This document shows positions 30,155-40,388 of a DNA stretch of 64,000 bases, piece by piece (positions within the stretch are counted from its first letter, which is position 1; every line of letters starts with the position of its first letter). Source of the stretch: an uncultured Anaerolineae bacterium (GTDB lineage: Bacteria; Chloroflexota; Anaerolineae; Aggregatilineales; UBA3940); the NCBI GenBank assembly GCA_964603985.1, contig CAZRXG010000024.1, positions 460-64,459 of the forward strand, given 5' to 3'. Below the pieces are notes generated by a model that saw nothing but the letters and a program-made list of their open reading frames with translations, had not been told where the DNA came from and did not search any database. A program made the position numbers and the translations under genes.

Positions 30155-31275
30155 GTGATATAAAGCTCCACATCAAGGCAGCCGGGCTGGTCCGGGATGA
30201 CATCCTGCGGATGGAGCCTTATACGCCCATCCTGCCCTTCGAGGTGCTGAGCGAGCAGTTAGGCCGCCCGCCGGAGCAGATCGTCAAGCTGGACGCCAAC
30301 GAGAACCCCTACGGGCCATCCCCCAGGGCGCTGGCCGCGCTCAGGCAGATCGACGCCAGAGCGCCCATCTACCCCGACCCGGAGGCACGTAAGCTGCGCG
30401 CGATGCTGTCCGAATACCTGGGCGTCGATGCCGCGTATATTCTGGCCGGGGCGGGGGCCGACGAGCTGATCGACCTGATCATGCGGCTGTTCCTGAACCC
30501 CGGCGATGCCATCATCAACTGCCCACCGACCTTTGGCATGTACGCCTTCGACGCTGCACTGTCGGGGGCGCGGATGGTGAGCGTGCCGCGCCGGGCGGAT
30601 TTCACCCTCGACGTTGAGGGGATCGAGCAGGCGGCCTGCCGGGAGAACGCCAGGCTGCTGTTCGTCGCGACGCCCAACAATCCCGACGGCGGCCTACTCG
30701 ACCCCGCCGACCTGGATCGCCTGCTGAGGCTCCCATTGGTGGTGGTGGCCGACGAGGCTTACATTGAGTTCAGCGGCGCGGAGAGCGCAGTGCAGCGCGT
30801 CCCTGAAGCGCCCAACCTGATCGTGCTGCGCACCTTCAGCAAGTGGGCCGGGCTGGCCGGGCTGCGGGTCGGCTACGGCGTGTTCCCGCTGGCACTGATG
30901 GAGCACCTGTGGAAGATCAAGCAGCCGTACAACCTGAACGTCGCGGCGGACGCGGCAGCGCAGGCATCGCTGGCAGATTTATCCACGTTGCAGGCGCGCG
31001 TGCGGCAGGTGATCGCCGAGCGCGAGCGCCTGGAGCGCGAATTGGCAAACATCCCCTACCTGGAGCCCTACCCCAGCCGCAGCAACTTTGTGCTGTGCCG
31101 GGTGGTCGGCGTGGATGCCGCCCGGCTCAAGCGGCGGCTGGCCGAGGAGGAGGGCATCCTCATCCGGTACTTCGACAAGCCGGGGCTGCGCGACCACATC
31201 CGCATATCGGCGGGTAAGCCGGAGCACACCGACGCGCTGCTGGCCGCACTCAGGAGAATAGGAGCACAAGCATGA
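30151..31275 (+). CDS. hisC: histidinol-phosphate aminotransferase
   Basis: Class II aminotransferase pattern ([32 protein letters not shown]-Lys). ATGA overlap with hisD. Confidence 0.93.
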   Translation: MSDIKLHIKAAGLVRDDILRMEPYTPILPFEVLSEQLGRPPEQIVKLDANENPYGPSPRALAALRQIDARAPIYPDPEARKLRAMLSEYLGVDAAYILAGAGADELIDLIMRLFLNPGDAIINCPPTFGMYAFDAALSGARMVSVPRRADFTLDVEGIEQAACRENARLLFVATPNNPDGGLLDPADLDRLLRLPLVVVADEAYIEFSGAESAVQRVPEAPNLIVLRTFSKWAGLAGLRVGYGVFPLALMEHLWKIKQPYNLNVAADAAAQASLADLSTLQARVRQVIAERERLERELANIPYLEPYPSRSNFVLCRVVGVDAARLKRRLAEEEGILIRYFDKPGLRDHIRISAGKPEHTDALLAALRRIGAQA

Positions 31276-31868
31276 GCGAGCGCCGGGCAACGGTTAAACG
31301 GGTCACCAACGAGACGCAGATCGAGTTAACGCTCGATCTGGATGGGAGCGGCCAGGCTGACATCGACACGGGCGTCGGCTTCTTTGACCACATGCTGCAC
31401 CACGTGGCAGTGCACGGCCTGTTCGACCTGAGCGTCAGGGCCACCGGCGACCTGCACATCGACGCCCACCACACCGTCGAGGACGTGGCTATCGCCTTCG
31501 GGCAGGCGCTGGCGCAGGCGCTCGGCGACCGCAGGGGCATCGTGCGCATGGGGGCGACCTACGTCCCGATGGATGAGGCACTGGCGCGGGTGGTCATCGA
31601 CCTGAGTGGCCGTCCCTACGTGGTGATCGAGGCCACCTTCGACGCGCCGATGCTGGGCACCATGCCCACCTCGCTGGTGGCGCACGTCTTCGAGTCCATC
31701 GCCTTCAACGGGGAGCTGAACCTGCACGCTCACGTGCTCTATGGGCGCGACGATCACCACAAGGCGGAGGCATTGTTTAAGGCACTGGGACGCGCGCTGG
31801 ACGCTGCCACCCGGATCGACGGGCGGTGGGGCGGTATCCCCAGCACGAAAGGGACGCTGACGGCATGA
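31272..31868 (+). CDS. hisB: imidazoleglycerol-phosphate dehydratase (monofunctional)
   Basis: 198 aa with [11 protein letters not shown] and [14 protein letters not shown] motifs. There is no fused phosphatase domain. Confidence 0.95.
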   Translation: MSERRATVKRVTNETQIELTLDLDGSGQADIDTGVGFFDHMLHHVAVHGLFDLSVRATGDLHIDAHHTVEDVAIAFGQALAQALGDRRGIVRMGATYVPMDEALARVVIDLSGRPYVVIEATFDAPMLGTMPTSLVAHVFESIAFNGELNLHAHVLYGRDDHHKAEALFKALGRALDAATRIDGRWGGIPSTKGTLTA

Positions 31869-32482
31869 CCATCGCAATCATTGACTACGGAGCCGGGAAC
31901 TTGCGCAGCGTGCGCAATACGCTGACCCACCTCGGCGTGCAGGTGATCACCGCCAGCACGCCCGACCAACTCGACGGCGCGGACAAGATCGTGCTGCCGG
32001 GCGTGGGCGCGTTCGGCGCGGGGATAGCCCGTCTGCGCGACGCGGGCTTTGAAGCACCTATCAGGACAGCCGTCGAGGCGGGCACGCCCCTGCTGGGCAT
32101 CTGCCTGGGGCTGCAATACCTTTTTGAGAGCAGCGACGAGATGGGCCTCCACGAGGGTTTGGGCCTGCTGCCGGGGTGCGTCACCCGTTTCCCGCCCGAC
32201 GGCCCCAAGGTGCCCCACATCGGCTGGAACGGGCTGCACATCCAATGCAACAGCCCCCTGCTGGCCGGTGTGCCGGACGGCGCGTATGCCTACTTCGTGC
32301 ATTCGTACTACGCCCGGCCCGACAACGCCGACAGCGTGCTTGCCACCACAGAGTACGGCATCGCCTTCGCCTCGGTGGTGGGGCAGGGCAATATCTTCGG
32401 CATCCAATGCCACCCGGAGAAGAGCCAGCGCGTCGGGCTGCGTATTCTCGAGAACTTCATCGAGATGGGCGGTGCATCATGA
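31865..32482 (+). CDS. hisH: imidazole glycerol phosphate synthase, glutamine amidotransferase subunit
   Basis: [24 protein letters not shown] (catalytic Cys) and QCHPEKS. ATG at 31865 overlaps the hisB stop (ATGA). Confidence 0.95.
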   Translation: MTIAIIDYGAGNLRSVRNTLTHLGVQVITASTPDQLDGADKIVLPGVGAFGAGIARLRDAGFEAPIRTAVEAGTPLLGICLGLQYLFESSDEMGLHEGLGLLPGCVTRFPPDGPKVPHIGWNGLHIQCNSPLLAGVPDGAYAYFVHSYYARPDNADSVLATTEYGIAFASVVGQGNIFGIQCHPEKSQRVGLRILENFIEMGGAS

Positions 32483-33210
32483 TCGTCTATCCTGCCATCG
32501 ACCTGCGCGGCGGGCGCGTCGTGCGGCTGGTTCAGGGCGACCCGGCGCGGGAAACCGTCCACAGCGACGACCCGCTGGCGACTGCGCAGCGCTGGCGAGA
32601 CGCCGGGGCCGGATGGCTGCACGTCATCAACCTGGACGGTGCACTGGGCGAGGCATCGTCGAACCTGGCGATCCTCTCACAGTTGGCACAGGTCGGGCTT
32701 CCGATCCAGTTCGGCGGCGGCCTGCGCTCGCCGGAGGATGCACAGCAGGCACTTGAGGCCGGGGCGGCGCGGGTCATACTTGGCACGCTGGCCGTGAGGC
32801 AGCCTGACGCGGCGGGCGAGGCTGTGAGGCACTTCGGTCCGGAGGCGGTGGCCGTCGCCCTCGACGCGCAAGGGAACAGAGTGGCGACGCACGGCTGGCA
32901 GGAACAAAGCGACTGGACGCCAGTCGGGCTGGGCAGACGCTTCGCAGATATGGGCGTCAGGCACGCGCTGTACACCGACATCAGCCGCGACGGCGGGCTG
33001 ACGGGCGTCAACGTCGAGGCGACGGCCCGACTGGCCCGCGAAACCGGCCTGAGCGTGATTGCGTCCGGGGGCGTTGCCTCGCTGGACGACGTGCGGGCGC
33101 TGGCGGCAGCAAAGGCCAGGATCGCCGGGGTGGTGATCGGCAAGGCGCTGTACACGGGAGCGTTCACGCTGGAGGACGCCATCCGCGCGAACTGCGAATC
33201 CGAAAACTGA
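32479..33210 (+). CDS. hisA: ProFAR isomerase
   Basis: [18 protein letters not shown]-terminus. ATG at 32479 overlaps the hisH stop. The upstream part of the track ORF (from 32176) is out-of-frame read-through of hisH. Confidence 0.93.
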   Translation: MIVYPAIDLRGGRVVRLVQGDPARETVHSDDPLATAQRWRDAGAGWLHVINLDGALGEASSNLAILSQLAQVGLPIQFGGGLRSPEDAQQALEAGAARVILGTLAVRQPDAAGEAVRHFGPEAVAVALDAQGNRVATHGWQEQSDWTPVGLGRRFADMGVRHALYTDISRDGGLTGVNVEATARLARETGLSVIASGGVASLDDVRALAAAKARIAGVVIGKALYTGAFTLEDAIRANCESEN

Positions 33211-33222
33211 GAGGAGACCATA

Positions 33223-33999
33223 ATGCTGGCAAAGCGCATCATACCCTGCCTGGACGTACACGCCGGGCGCGTGGTCAAGGGCGTCAACTTCGTCAACCTG
33301 CGTGACGCAGGCGACCCGGTTGAGCACGCCCAGGTCTACGATGCCGAGGGCGCGGACGAATTGACTTTCCTCGACATCACGGCCACCCACGAAGCCCGCG
33401 AGACCATGCTCGACGTGGTGCGTGGGGTGGCGGACTCGATCTTCATCCCCTTTGCGGTGGGCGGCGGCATCCGCAGCGTGGACGACATGCGTGATACGCT
33501 GCTGGCCGGTGCGGATAAAATCTCGATCAACAGCGCCGCCGTGCGCACCCCGGATCTGATCGCCGAGGGGGCGAAGCGCTTCGGCAGCCAGTGCATCGTG
33601 GTTGCCGTCGATGCCCGGTGGGACGGGTCGATGTACGAGGTGTACATCAACGGCGGGCGCATTCCGACCGGGATCGACGCGGTCGAGTGGGCCAAAGAAG
33701 TTGAGGCGCGGGGCGCGGGCGAGATCCTGCTGACCAGCATGGATCGCGACGGCACGCAGGTCGGTTACGAGCTGCGACTGACCCGCACCATCGCCGAGGC
33801 GGTTGACATCCCGGTGATCGCCTCTGGCGGCGCGGGCAAAAAAGAACACTTCTACGACGCGCTGACCGAGGGCAAAGCCGACGCAGCACTGGCCGCCAGC
33901 CTCTTTCACTTCCGCGACCTGAGCATTGGCGACCTGAAGTGCTACCTCATCGGGCGCGGCGTCCCGGTCAGGCCGTTTGAGGAGGCGTCGCTTGACTGA
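33223..33999 (+). CDS. hisF: imidazole glycerol phosphate synthase, cyclase subunit
   Basis: [12 protein letters not shown]..., [10 protein letters not shown] and SGGAG motifs. Confidence 0.95.
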   Translation: MLAKRIIPCLDVHAGRVVKGVNFVNLRDAGDPVEHAQVYDAEGADELTFLDITATHEARETMLDVVRGVADSIFIPFAVGGGIRSVDDMRDTLLAGADKISINSAAVRTPDLIAEGAKRFGSQCIVVAVDARWDGSMYEVYINGGRIPTGIDAVEWAKEVEARGAGEILLTSMDRDGTQVGYELRLTRTIAEAVDIPVIASGGAGKKEHFYDALTEGKADAALAASLFHFRDLSIGDLKCYLIGRGVPVRPFEEASLD

Positions 34000-34348
34000 A
34001 CGCATAGCCATCAAGTGGAACGCGCAGGGGCTTGCCCCGGCCATCGTGCAGGATGCCGACAGCGGCGAGGTGCTGATGATGGCCTGGATGAACGCCGAAT
34101 CGCTGCGCCAGACGCAGCAGACGGGCGAGACGCACTTCTGGAGTCGCAGCCGCCGGGAGCTGTGGCACAAAGGCGCGACCAGCGGTAACGTGCAGCAGGT
34201 GGTCAGCATCCACGTCGACTGCGACGCCGACACGCTGCTGGTCAGGGTGCATCCCGCCGGGCCTGCCTGCCACACCGGTGAGAGAAGCTGCTTCTTCCGC
34301 CAACTGCCCCCCGTCGGCGATGAGTCACCACCCCAGGAGGCCCAATGA
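33992..34348 (+). CDS. hisI: phosphoribosyl-AMP cyclohydrolase
   Basis: Blocks [25 protein letters not shown] and [21 protein letters not shown] at 33992 has a GAGGAGG SD 7 nt upstream and is preferred over the TTG at 33977. Confidence 0.88.
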   Translation: MTERIAIKWNAQGLAPAIVQDADSGEVLMMAWMNAESLRQTQQTGETHFWSRSRRELWHKGATSGNVQQVVSIHVDCDADTLLVRVHPAGPACHTGERSCFFRQLPPVGDESPPQEAQ

Positions 34349-34626
34349 CCGGTATACTGAGCCGGATTTTTGAAGTCATCAGGGACCGGCAGGCCAATCC
34401 AAAAGAGGGGTCGTACACCAATCGCCTCCTCGCAGCAGGCGAGGACGAGATCTTGAAGAAGATCGGCGAGGAGATCGCGGAGGTGATCGTCGCCGCCAAA
34501 GGGCAGGGCGACGAGCGGCTGGTCAGCGAGCTGGCCGATCTTGCCTATCACAGTCTGGTGCTGCTCGCGGCGCGCGGGCTGACGCCGGACGATGTTGCAG
34601 CCGAACTTGAAAGGCGGTTTAAATGA
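34345..34626 (+). CDS. hisE: phosphoribosyl-ATP pyrophosphatase
   Basis: 93 aa, MazG-like ([30 protein letters not shown]). ATGA overlap with hisI. Confidence 0.92.
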   Translation: MTGILSRIFEVIRDRQANPKEGSYTNRLLAAGEDEILKKIGEEIAEVIVAAKGQGDERLVSELADLAYHSLVLLAARGLTPDDVAAELERRFK

Positions 34627-36131
34627 CACGTGCATTACTCAGCGTCTACGACAAATCCGGGTTGGTCGATTTTGCGCACAGCCTGAGTGAGCTTGGCGTC
34701 GAGCTGGTCGCCAGCGGCGGGACGGGGAACGCCCTGCGCGAGGCGGGCCTCGACGTGACGACGGTCGAAGACCTCACCGGCCTGCCGAGCGTGCTGGGCG
34801 GGCGCGTCAAGACACTCCACCCGGCAATACACGGCGGCATCCTGGCCCAGGAGACGGGCGACGACCGCGCCACGCTGGACGCGCAGGGCTGGTCACCCAT
34901 CGACCTGGTGGTCGTCAACCTGTACCCCTTCGTCGAAACGGTCTCCCGCCCCGGCGTCACCCTCGACCAGGCCGTCGAGCAGATCGACATCGGCGGCGTG
35001 GCGCTGATCCGCGCGGCGGCCAAGAACTTCGGGCGCGTGACGGTCGTCACCACACCGGACGACTACGACGCCGTGCTGTCCGAGTTCCAGGCACACGGCG
35101 ATACCACGCCGGAGGCGCGCCAACGGCTGGCCATGAAGGCGTTCGGCGTGACGGCGGCCTACGACGAGGCCATCACCGCCTACCTGACCGGCGAGGCGGA
35201 AGCTGCACTGCCGCAGGCATTGGCCCTCACGCTGCCGCAGGCGCAGGTTCTGCGCTACGGCGAGAACCCTCACCAGCAGGCCGCGCTTTACGCGCCGCCG
35301 GGCGTGGGGCCGCTGGGTGGCGACCTGCTCCAGGGCAAACCGCTGTCCTACAACAACCTGCTCGACCTCGATGCGGCCTGGACGGCAGCGGAGGACTTCG
35401 ACGCGCCGACGGTCGTGATCGTCAAGCACCTCAGCCCGTGCGGGATCGCCTGCGGCGACGACCTGGCCGCGACCTTTCGCGCCGCACTCGCCTCCGACCC
35501 GGTGTCGGCTTTCGGCGGGGTGATCGCCTGCAACCGGCCCTTCGACGAGACGATTGCCGGGGCGCTTGGCGACCTGTTCGTCGAGGCGATTGCCGCGCCG
35601 GGCTTCACCGACGCAGCCCGCGAGATTCTATCGGCGCGTAAGAACTGCCGCCTGCTCCAGATGATGCCGGAAGCCGATCGCGGCTACATCCTGCGCAGCG
35701 TGCGCGGCGGGCTGCTGGCCCAGACGCCTGACCGGGGTGACGTCGTTGAGTGGAAGGTTGTGACGCAGCGCGCCCCGACCGGCGAAGAAATGGCCGCCCT
35801 GCGCTTTGCGTGGTGGGTCGTGAAACACGTCAAGAGCAACGCCATCGTGTTCGCGCGCGGGCAGGCGACGGTTGGCATCGGCGGGGGGCTACCCAGCCGC
35901 GTCGATGCGGTGAAGCACGCCGCCTACAAGGCCGGGGAGCAGGCGCAGGGTGCGGTGATGGCATCGGACGCCTTCTTCCCCTTCCCCGATGGGCCAGAAG
36001 CCGCCGCCGAAGTTGGGATCACCGCCATTGTGCAGCCGGGCGGCTCGGTCCGCGACGAGCAGGTGATCGCCGCCGCCGACCGGCTGGGGCTGGCGATGTG
36101 CTTCACCGGGATGCGACACTTCCGCCACTAG
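34623..36131 (+). CDS. purH: bifunctional AICAR formyltransferase / IMP cyclohydrolase
   Basis: 502 aa with [29 protein letters not shown] and the C-terminal [13 protein letters not shown] overlap with hisE. Confidence 0.95.
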   Translation: MTRALLSVYDKSGLVDFAHSLSELGVELVASGGTGNALREAGLDVTTVEDLTGLPSVLGGRVKTLHPAIHGGILAQETGDDRATLDAQGWSPIDLVVVNLYPFVETVSRPGVTLDQAVEQIDIGGVALIRAAAKNFGRVTVVTTPDDYDAVLSEFQAHGDTTPEARQRLAMKAFGVTAAYDEAITAYLTGEAEAALPQALALTLPQAQVLRYGENPHQQAALYAPPGVGPLGGDLLQGKPLSYNNLLDLDAAWTAAEDFDAPTVVIVKHLSPCGIACGDDLAATFRAALASDPVSAFGGVIACNRPFDETIAGALGDLFVEAIAAPGFTDAAREILSARKNCRLLQMMPEADRGYILRSVRGGLLAQTPDRGDVVEWKVVTQRAPTGEEMAALRFAWWVVKHVKSNAIVFARGQATVGIGGGLPSRVDAVKHAAYKAGEQAQGAVMASDAFFPFPDGPEAAAEVGITAIVQPGGSVRDEQVIAAADRLGLAMCFTGMRHFRH

Positions 36132-36182
36132 GAAAGGCGTCCCAAAACACCCATCTTCATTAACGCGAGAGGAGAACGCCCC

Positions 36183-37364
36183 TTGACCAAGCACACCCTG
36201 CTGCTGTTTGACATCGACGGCGTGCTCGTCTATCCCAAGGGTTACAAGGAGTCACTGCGCGCGACTGTTGACTACTTCGCGGCGCAGATGGGCCAGTCCC
36301 CCGTCGGGCTGACCTACGAGGAAAACGCCTTCTTCGAGGCGTGCGGCATGACAAACGAGTGGATCTCCGGGCCGATGGTCGTCGCGGCCGTGCTGGTAGA
36401 CGCCGTCTCGCAGCGCCCCGATCTGGCACGCCCCACGCTCGACGAGACGCTGGCGGCGATCAGGGAAAGCGGGATCCGCATCAGACGGCCCGATCTGATC
36501 GGCCTGAGCCGCGAGGTGTTGGCCCGCAACCCTGAGGGCGTTCACACGGAGGAGCCGGTACTGGCCTATCTGGCCGAGCGCGCCGTCCCGGCACTCCACG
36601 CGGTGCTGTCCGAGCTACTGGAGGACATCCACCCGCCCGACGCACCGGTCGCCCGCATCTTCCAGCACTACACGCTGGGGCACGAGCTTTTCGCCAAGAC
36701 CTATGGTATGCCCCCTGAGTTCGAGACCGAGAGCTTTCTGGTAAAAGAGGATCGCTCAGCTCTCACCCCCGAAATCAAAAGGCGCCTGCAAGACCTGATT
36801 GCCGCCGACAACTATGGGATGGTCGCTCTTACGGCCCGGCCCAGCCTGCCCCCCGCCGACCTCTCGCCTGAAGAGCAGGCAGCGTTAGACAGGGGACGGT
36901 ACCCACCGGAGGGCGAGCTGGCGTTGGAGCTGCTTGGCCTTGAGGCTGACCTCCCCTTGATCGCTTCCGGGCGCATGATATGGCTCTCCACCCAACGCAA
37001 CCAAGGCTCACACACTTACGTCAAGCCGTCGCCGGTGCACGCCCTGGCCGCAATTGGAGCAGCACGCACCGGCCACGAGAAAGCCGCGCTTGAAGCGGCA
37101 GCGACGCTGGTCGAAGAGGGGGGGCTGGAGGAGCCGCTGGCCCGGCTTGAGGGGGAGATAACACGCGTCGTTGTCTTCGAAGACGCAACAGGCGGCATCC
37201 AGGCCGGTCGCCGGGCCGTCGAGATGCTCAACGCGGCGGGAATTGAGGCGGGCTTTGAGGCAGTCGGAGTGGCCCCCGAAGAGTCAAAGCGGGAGGCGCT
37301 GAGTAAAGCTGCCGACCGGGTCGCACGCGACGTTAACGAGGCGCTGGAGCCGTACCTTGCCTGA
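36183..37364 (+). CDS. HAD-superfamily hydrolase with large cap insertion
   Basis: Motif I LLLFDIDGVLV and a late motif VVVFEDATGGIQAG. TTG start has a GAGGAG SD 8 nt upstream. Lies 51 nt after purH with no terminator seen between them. Confidence 0.7.
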   Translation: MTKHTLLLFDIDGVLVYPKGYKESLRATVDYFAAQMGQSPVGLTYEENAFFEACGMTNEWISGPMVVAAVLVDAVSQRPDLARPTLDETLAAIRESGIRIRRPDLIGLSREVLARNPEGVHTEEPVLAYLAERAVPALHAVLSELLEDIHPPDAPVARIFQHYTLGHELFAKTYGMPPEFETESFLVKEDRSALTPEIKRRLQDLIAADNYGMVALTARPSLPPADLSPEEQAALDRGRYPPEGELALELLGLEADLPLIASGRMIWLSTQRNQGSHTYVKPSPVHALAAIGAARTGHEKAALEAAATLVEEGGLEEPLARLEGEITRVVVFEDATGGIQAGRRAVEMLNAAGIEAGFEAVGVAPEESKREALSKAADRVARDVNEALEPYLA

Positions 37365-37469
37365 CTCACAGGGTCTGCACGTGTGGGGGCGGGGCAAAAG
37401 CGTCTTGTGACGAACCATAAGGTGCTGTAAAATGGCGGCTGGAATTACCGGTGTAAAGGGATGTAACCG

Positions 37470-37916
37470 ATGCTGGACAGCAGTTCCCTGCCCGACGAGC
37501 CGCCGCCGCTTCACGAGCGGTTGGCCGTGTCGGAGCAGCAGGTAGAGAAGACGCAGACGATCCTCGATGGCCTGAGCCAGGCCTTGGATACCCTGCCGGC
37601 GGTGCTCTCGCAGGACGGCGATGTCATCAGCTACGCCGGGACGGATAATCCCGCCGTCGTCGAGCATATCGCCAAGCTGGCGGGCCGGATCTGGAACGAG
37701 GGCGCAACCCGCCCGGCGCGCGAATTGATCCGCTTCGAAGAGGAGACCATCGACGACGAAGAGACGGCGGAGCGCGCCAATCTCCTGCTTTACTCGGCCC
37801 ACATCGAGGGCGCGATCACCCTGACCGTCGGCTGGGAGATGTCGATCTCACTGACGCAGATCCGGGCCGAGGTGGTCAACGTGAAGGGCAAACTGGCGCG
37901 CGTGTTCCAGGAGTGA
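37470..37916 (+). CDS. hypothetical protein
   Basis: 148-aa ORF with coding-like composition and no antisense competitor. No motif I can name. Confidence 0.5.
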   Translation: MLDSSSLPDEPPPLHERLAVSEQQVEKTQTILDGLSQALDTLPAVLSQDGDVISYAGTDNPAVVEHIAKLAGRIWNEGATRPARELIRFEEETIDDEETAERANLLLYSAHIEGAITLTVGWEMSISLTQIRAEVVNVKGKLARVFQE

Positions 37917-37999
37917 GCAGGACGGGAGACCTGTTGCCATAACCGGGAGTCCGCTTTGCAGATGCGTCGTCATCATCTTACGAGGACTTAAGAAGACTG

Positions 38000-38815
38000 T
38001 TGGAAGACGAAAAGACACGTCCGTCTCTTTCCCCTGACCTGTATACCGAGGAGTACTTCCTCACGGCCTGTGAGGGGTACGAGGAGTGGCTGGCGAGCGA
38101 GGGCGAACACCTCTCGCGGCGGCTTGCGGCTGCGTTCCAGGTCACCGAGATCGAGCCGGGCATGATGGCGCTCGACGTGGGCTGTGGGCGCGGCGAGATC
38201 GTCCAGCACTGCGCGCGGCTGGGTGCGCACGCCTTCGGGATCGACTACGCCCCGGTAGCCGCGCGGATGACTCGCGACCTGATCGGAGACGAGGCCCGCA
38301 GCAGCCCACCTGGTAAGATGGGTGTATGCCGGGCGGATGCCAAATATCTGCCATTCGCCGACCAGACCTTTGACCGCGTCTTGATGTTCGACATTGTGGA
38401 GCACCTCTACCCCTGGGAGCTGCACCAGGCGCTTTTGGAGGTCCGGCGGGTGCTCAAGCCGGACGGGCGGCTGATTGTACACACTGCGCCAAACCGGTCC
38501 TACGACCGGTACGCCTATCCCCTGGTGCGGCTGGTGCGGACGTTGATGGGGCAGGGCACAAACTACCCTAGGAACCCGCGCCAGTTCGGCGTATCCGTCA
38601 ACGAGCAGGTCCACGTCAACGAGCAGGATATGTTCAGCATGCGCCGGACCCTGTCGCGGGCCGGGTTCAAGAGCCGGGTCTGGCTCGACACGCCGCCTCA
38701 GAGCCGCGACGAAGGGCCTGTGCTGGCCACGTTGCGCCATGTGGCCTTCCACTGGGTCCCCTTTAGCTGGTTTTTTGAGCGCGAGGTCTTCGCAGTTGCG
38801 TCCAAGAAGGACTGA
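38000..38815 (+). CDS. class I SAM-dependent methyltransferase
   Basis: SAM motif I ALDVGCGRGEI, post-I DY, and RVLKPDGRLIV. TTG start. Confidence 0.8.
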   Translation: MEDEKTRPSLSPDLYTEEYFLTACEGYEEWLASEGEHLSRRLAAAFQVTEIEPGMMALDVGCGRGEIVQHCARLGAHAFGIDYAPVAARMTRDLIGDEARSSPPGKMGVCRADAKYLPFADQTFDRVLMFDIVEHLYPWELHQALLEVRRVLKPDGRLIVHTAPNRSYDRYAYPLVRLVRTLMGQGTNYPRNPRQFGVSVNEQVHVNEQDMFSMRRTLSRAGFKSRVWLDTPPQSRDEGPVLATLRHVAFHWVPFSWFFEREVFAVASKKD

Positions 38816-38841
38816 GATCTAAGCGGCTGCCAGCGTATGAC

Positions 38842-38875
38842 GCAGATGCACGCCGGGGGGCGACATCTGCTTTTT
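38842..38875 (+). terminator. rho-independent terminator after the methyltransferase
   Basis: GCAGATG...CATCTGC stem with an inner CGCC/GGCG extension, followed by TTTTT (38871-38875). Confidence 0.6.
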
Positions 38876-38933
38876 ATCGTCGGTCGGGCTGCTCGGCCAG
38901 CCGCTTCACGAGACGAACGCCTCGATAAGTGGT

Positions 38934-39959
38934 ATGATCCGGTGCGCCGGACAGCAGAGGGAACCGGGGATAAGCGATTTACACAGTCGAGATGAGGGTG
39001 CAAGGGTGCGTGATCGCCGGTCGGTAGACGACCTGTCAATCGAAGAATTGGAGCAAATCCTCCGCACCAGAAAGCTCCAGGCGAGGATGGAGCGCCTGCG
39101 ACGCTACGAGGATCAAGGGCGGCGGCGGGGGGATCTCCCCCTGCCGGGTGAAGCTTCACCTCCCTCACCAGGGCACCAGGGCGACGCCGACCCTGCCCGC
39201 AGGTCGGTTGTGCAGGAATCGGAGCCTGACGACCGGGCGGCACGCGGGCGGGGGAAACGCACCCTGCGCGATAATCTGTTATTCGCCATCGAGGTGCTCG
39301 CCGCGCTTGGCCTGGTCGCCATAATGGTATTTGGGGCTGCGACCCTGCGCGACATAAACCGCGAGGCTGCTGCTGCCCAGGCCAGCGTCATTGCCGAACT
39401 GCCCACGCCGACCGCGACCCCGATCATCAGCGCGGTCGTCCTGCCCGGCGGGCACACACCGCCTACCTCGCCCGGCGGCTCACAGCCTAACTACGACGAA
39501 GTTCCGCAGCATCTCAAGCCCCTCGTCGAGCAGCAGTTCGCTGGCCCGGCCATCGCCCCGACGCCCGGCCCCGGCAACGCCATCCGGCTGCGCATCCCCG
39601 CCATCGGCGTCGACGCGCCGATTGTGCAGGGCGATGGTTGGGAACAGCTCAAGAAGGGCGTCGGGCAGCACATCGGGACGCCCGATCCAGGCGAGCCGGG
39701 GAACATCGTGCTCTCGGCTCACAACGACATCTTCGGCGGGATCTTCCGCCGCCTCGAGGATCTACAGGAAGGCGACCAGGTCGTCGTGCAGACGCTGAAC
39801 CGCGAGTACGTATACCGCGTCGCCTACTGGCGCATCACCGAGCCGACCGAGGTCAGCGTGATGGCCCCGACGCAGGAACCTATCGTGACCCTGATCTCGT
39901 GCTATCCCTACATGGTCGATTCCGACCGGATCGTCGTCGTTGGCGAGTTGGTCGAATAA
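38934..39959 (+). CDS. sortase family transpeptidase, membrane anchored
   Basis: Catalytic His region IVLSAHNDIFGG, TLISCYP (TLxTC) and a TM helix LLFAIEVLAALGLVAIMVF. The start is uncertain (ATG 38934 or GTG 39006). Confidence 0.8.
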   Translation: MIRCAGQQREPGISDLHSRDEGARVRDRRSVDDLSIEELEQILRTRKLQARMERLRRYEDQGRRRGDLPLPGEASPPSPGHQGDADPARRSVVQESEPDDRAARGRGKRTLRDNLLFAIEVLAALGLVAIMVFGAATLRDINREAAAAQASVIAELPTPTATPIISAVVLPGGHTPPTSPGGSQPNYDEVPQHLKPLVEQQFAGPAIAPTPGPGNAIRLRIPAIGVDAPIVQGDGWEQLKKGVGQHIGTPDPGEPGNIVLSAHNDIFGGIFRRLEDLQEGDQVVVQTLNREYVYRVAYWRITEPTEVSVMAPTQEPIVTLISCYPYMVDSDRIVVVGELVE

Positions 39960-40010
39960 TCTGCCGCCCGCAATGGGTGGTGACTTGTAACACATAGAGG
40001 ATGAAATCAG

Positions 40011-40223
40011 ATGGCAAAACGCAGTTCACGCAGCAGTCGCAGCCGTAAAACGACAAGACGCAGAGTGCCCGCCAGCAAGACCGGCGCGTCTCCGAAGGCC
40101 AGGGCCGACAAGCAGGTCGATCTGGCGACCGAATACCGCTACGTGGCCGAGGACCTGGGGCGTATCGGCATCATTGCCGCCGTGCTGATCGGCGCGCTGG
40201 TTGTCCTGTCGTTCTTTTTGTAG
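40011..40223 (+). CDS. small basic protein with extreme C-terminal TM helix (tail-anchor topology)
   Basis: 70 aa. Arg/Ser/Lys-rich N-terminus; the last 19 residues are IGIIAAVLIGALVVLSFFL. GAGGA SD upstream. Confidence 0.55.
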   Translation: MAKRSSRSSRSRKTTRRRVPASKTGASPKARADKQVDLATEYRYVAEDLGRIGIIAAVLIGALVVLSFFL

Positions 40224-40232
40224 ATGCAAAAC

Positions 40233-40260
40233 CGGCTGGCTCACAGATGTGAGCCAGCCG
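40233..40260. terminator. 12-bp perfect hairpin between convergent units
   Basis: CGGCTGGCTCAC-AGAT-GTGAGCCAGCCG. No U-run. Lies between the small protein stop and the tRNA-Pro 3' end. Confidence 0.4.
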
Positions 40261-40277
40261 CGTCTCTTCCTGTCCAG

Positions 40278-40351
40278 TCGGGGCGGCCGGACTTGAACCG
40301 GCGACCTCTGCGTCCCAAACGCAGCGCGCTATCCGACTGCGCCACGCCCCG
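40278..40351 (-). tRNA. tRNA-Pro (anticodon UGG)
   Basis: Hand-folded 74-nt cloverleaf: CGGGGCG/CGCCCCG acceptor stem, GCGC D-stem, CTGCG-TTTGGGA-CGCAG anticodon arm, and GCCGG-TTCAAGT-CCGGC T-arm. CCA is not encoded. Confidence 0.9.
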
Positions 40352-40388
40352 CATCACGCCAGAAGTATACCGGTCTCCACTGTAAACA

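Noticed and set aside
32677-34635. 652-aa minus-strand ORF.
   Set aside because: It is antisense to hisA, hisF, hisI and hisE, all of which carry unambiguous family motifs. No motifs of its own.
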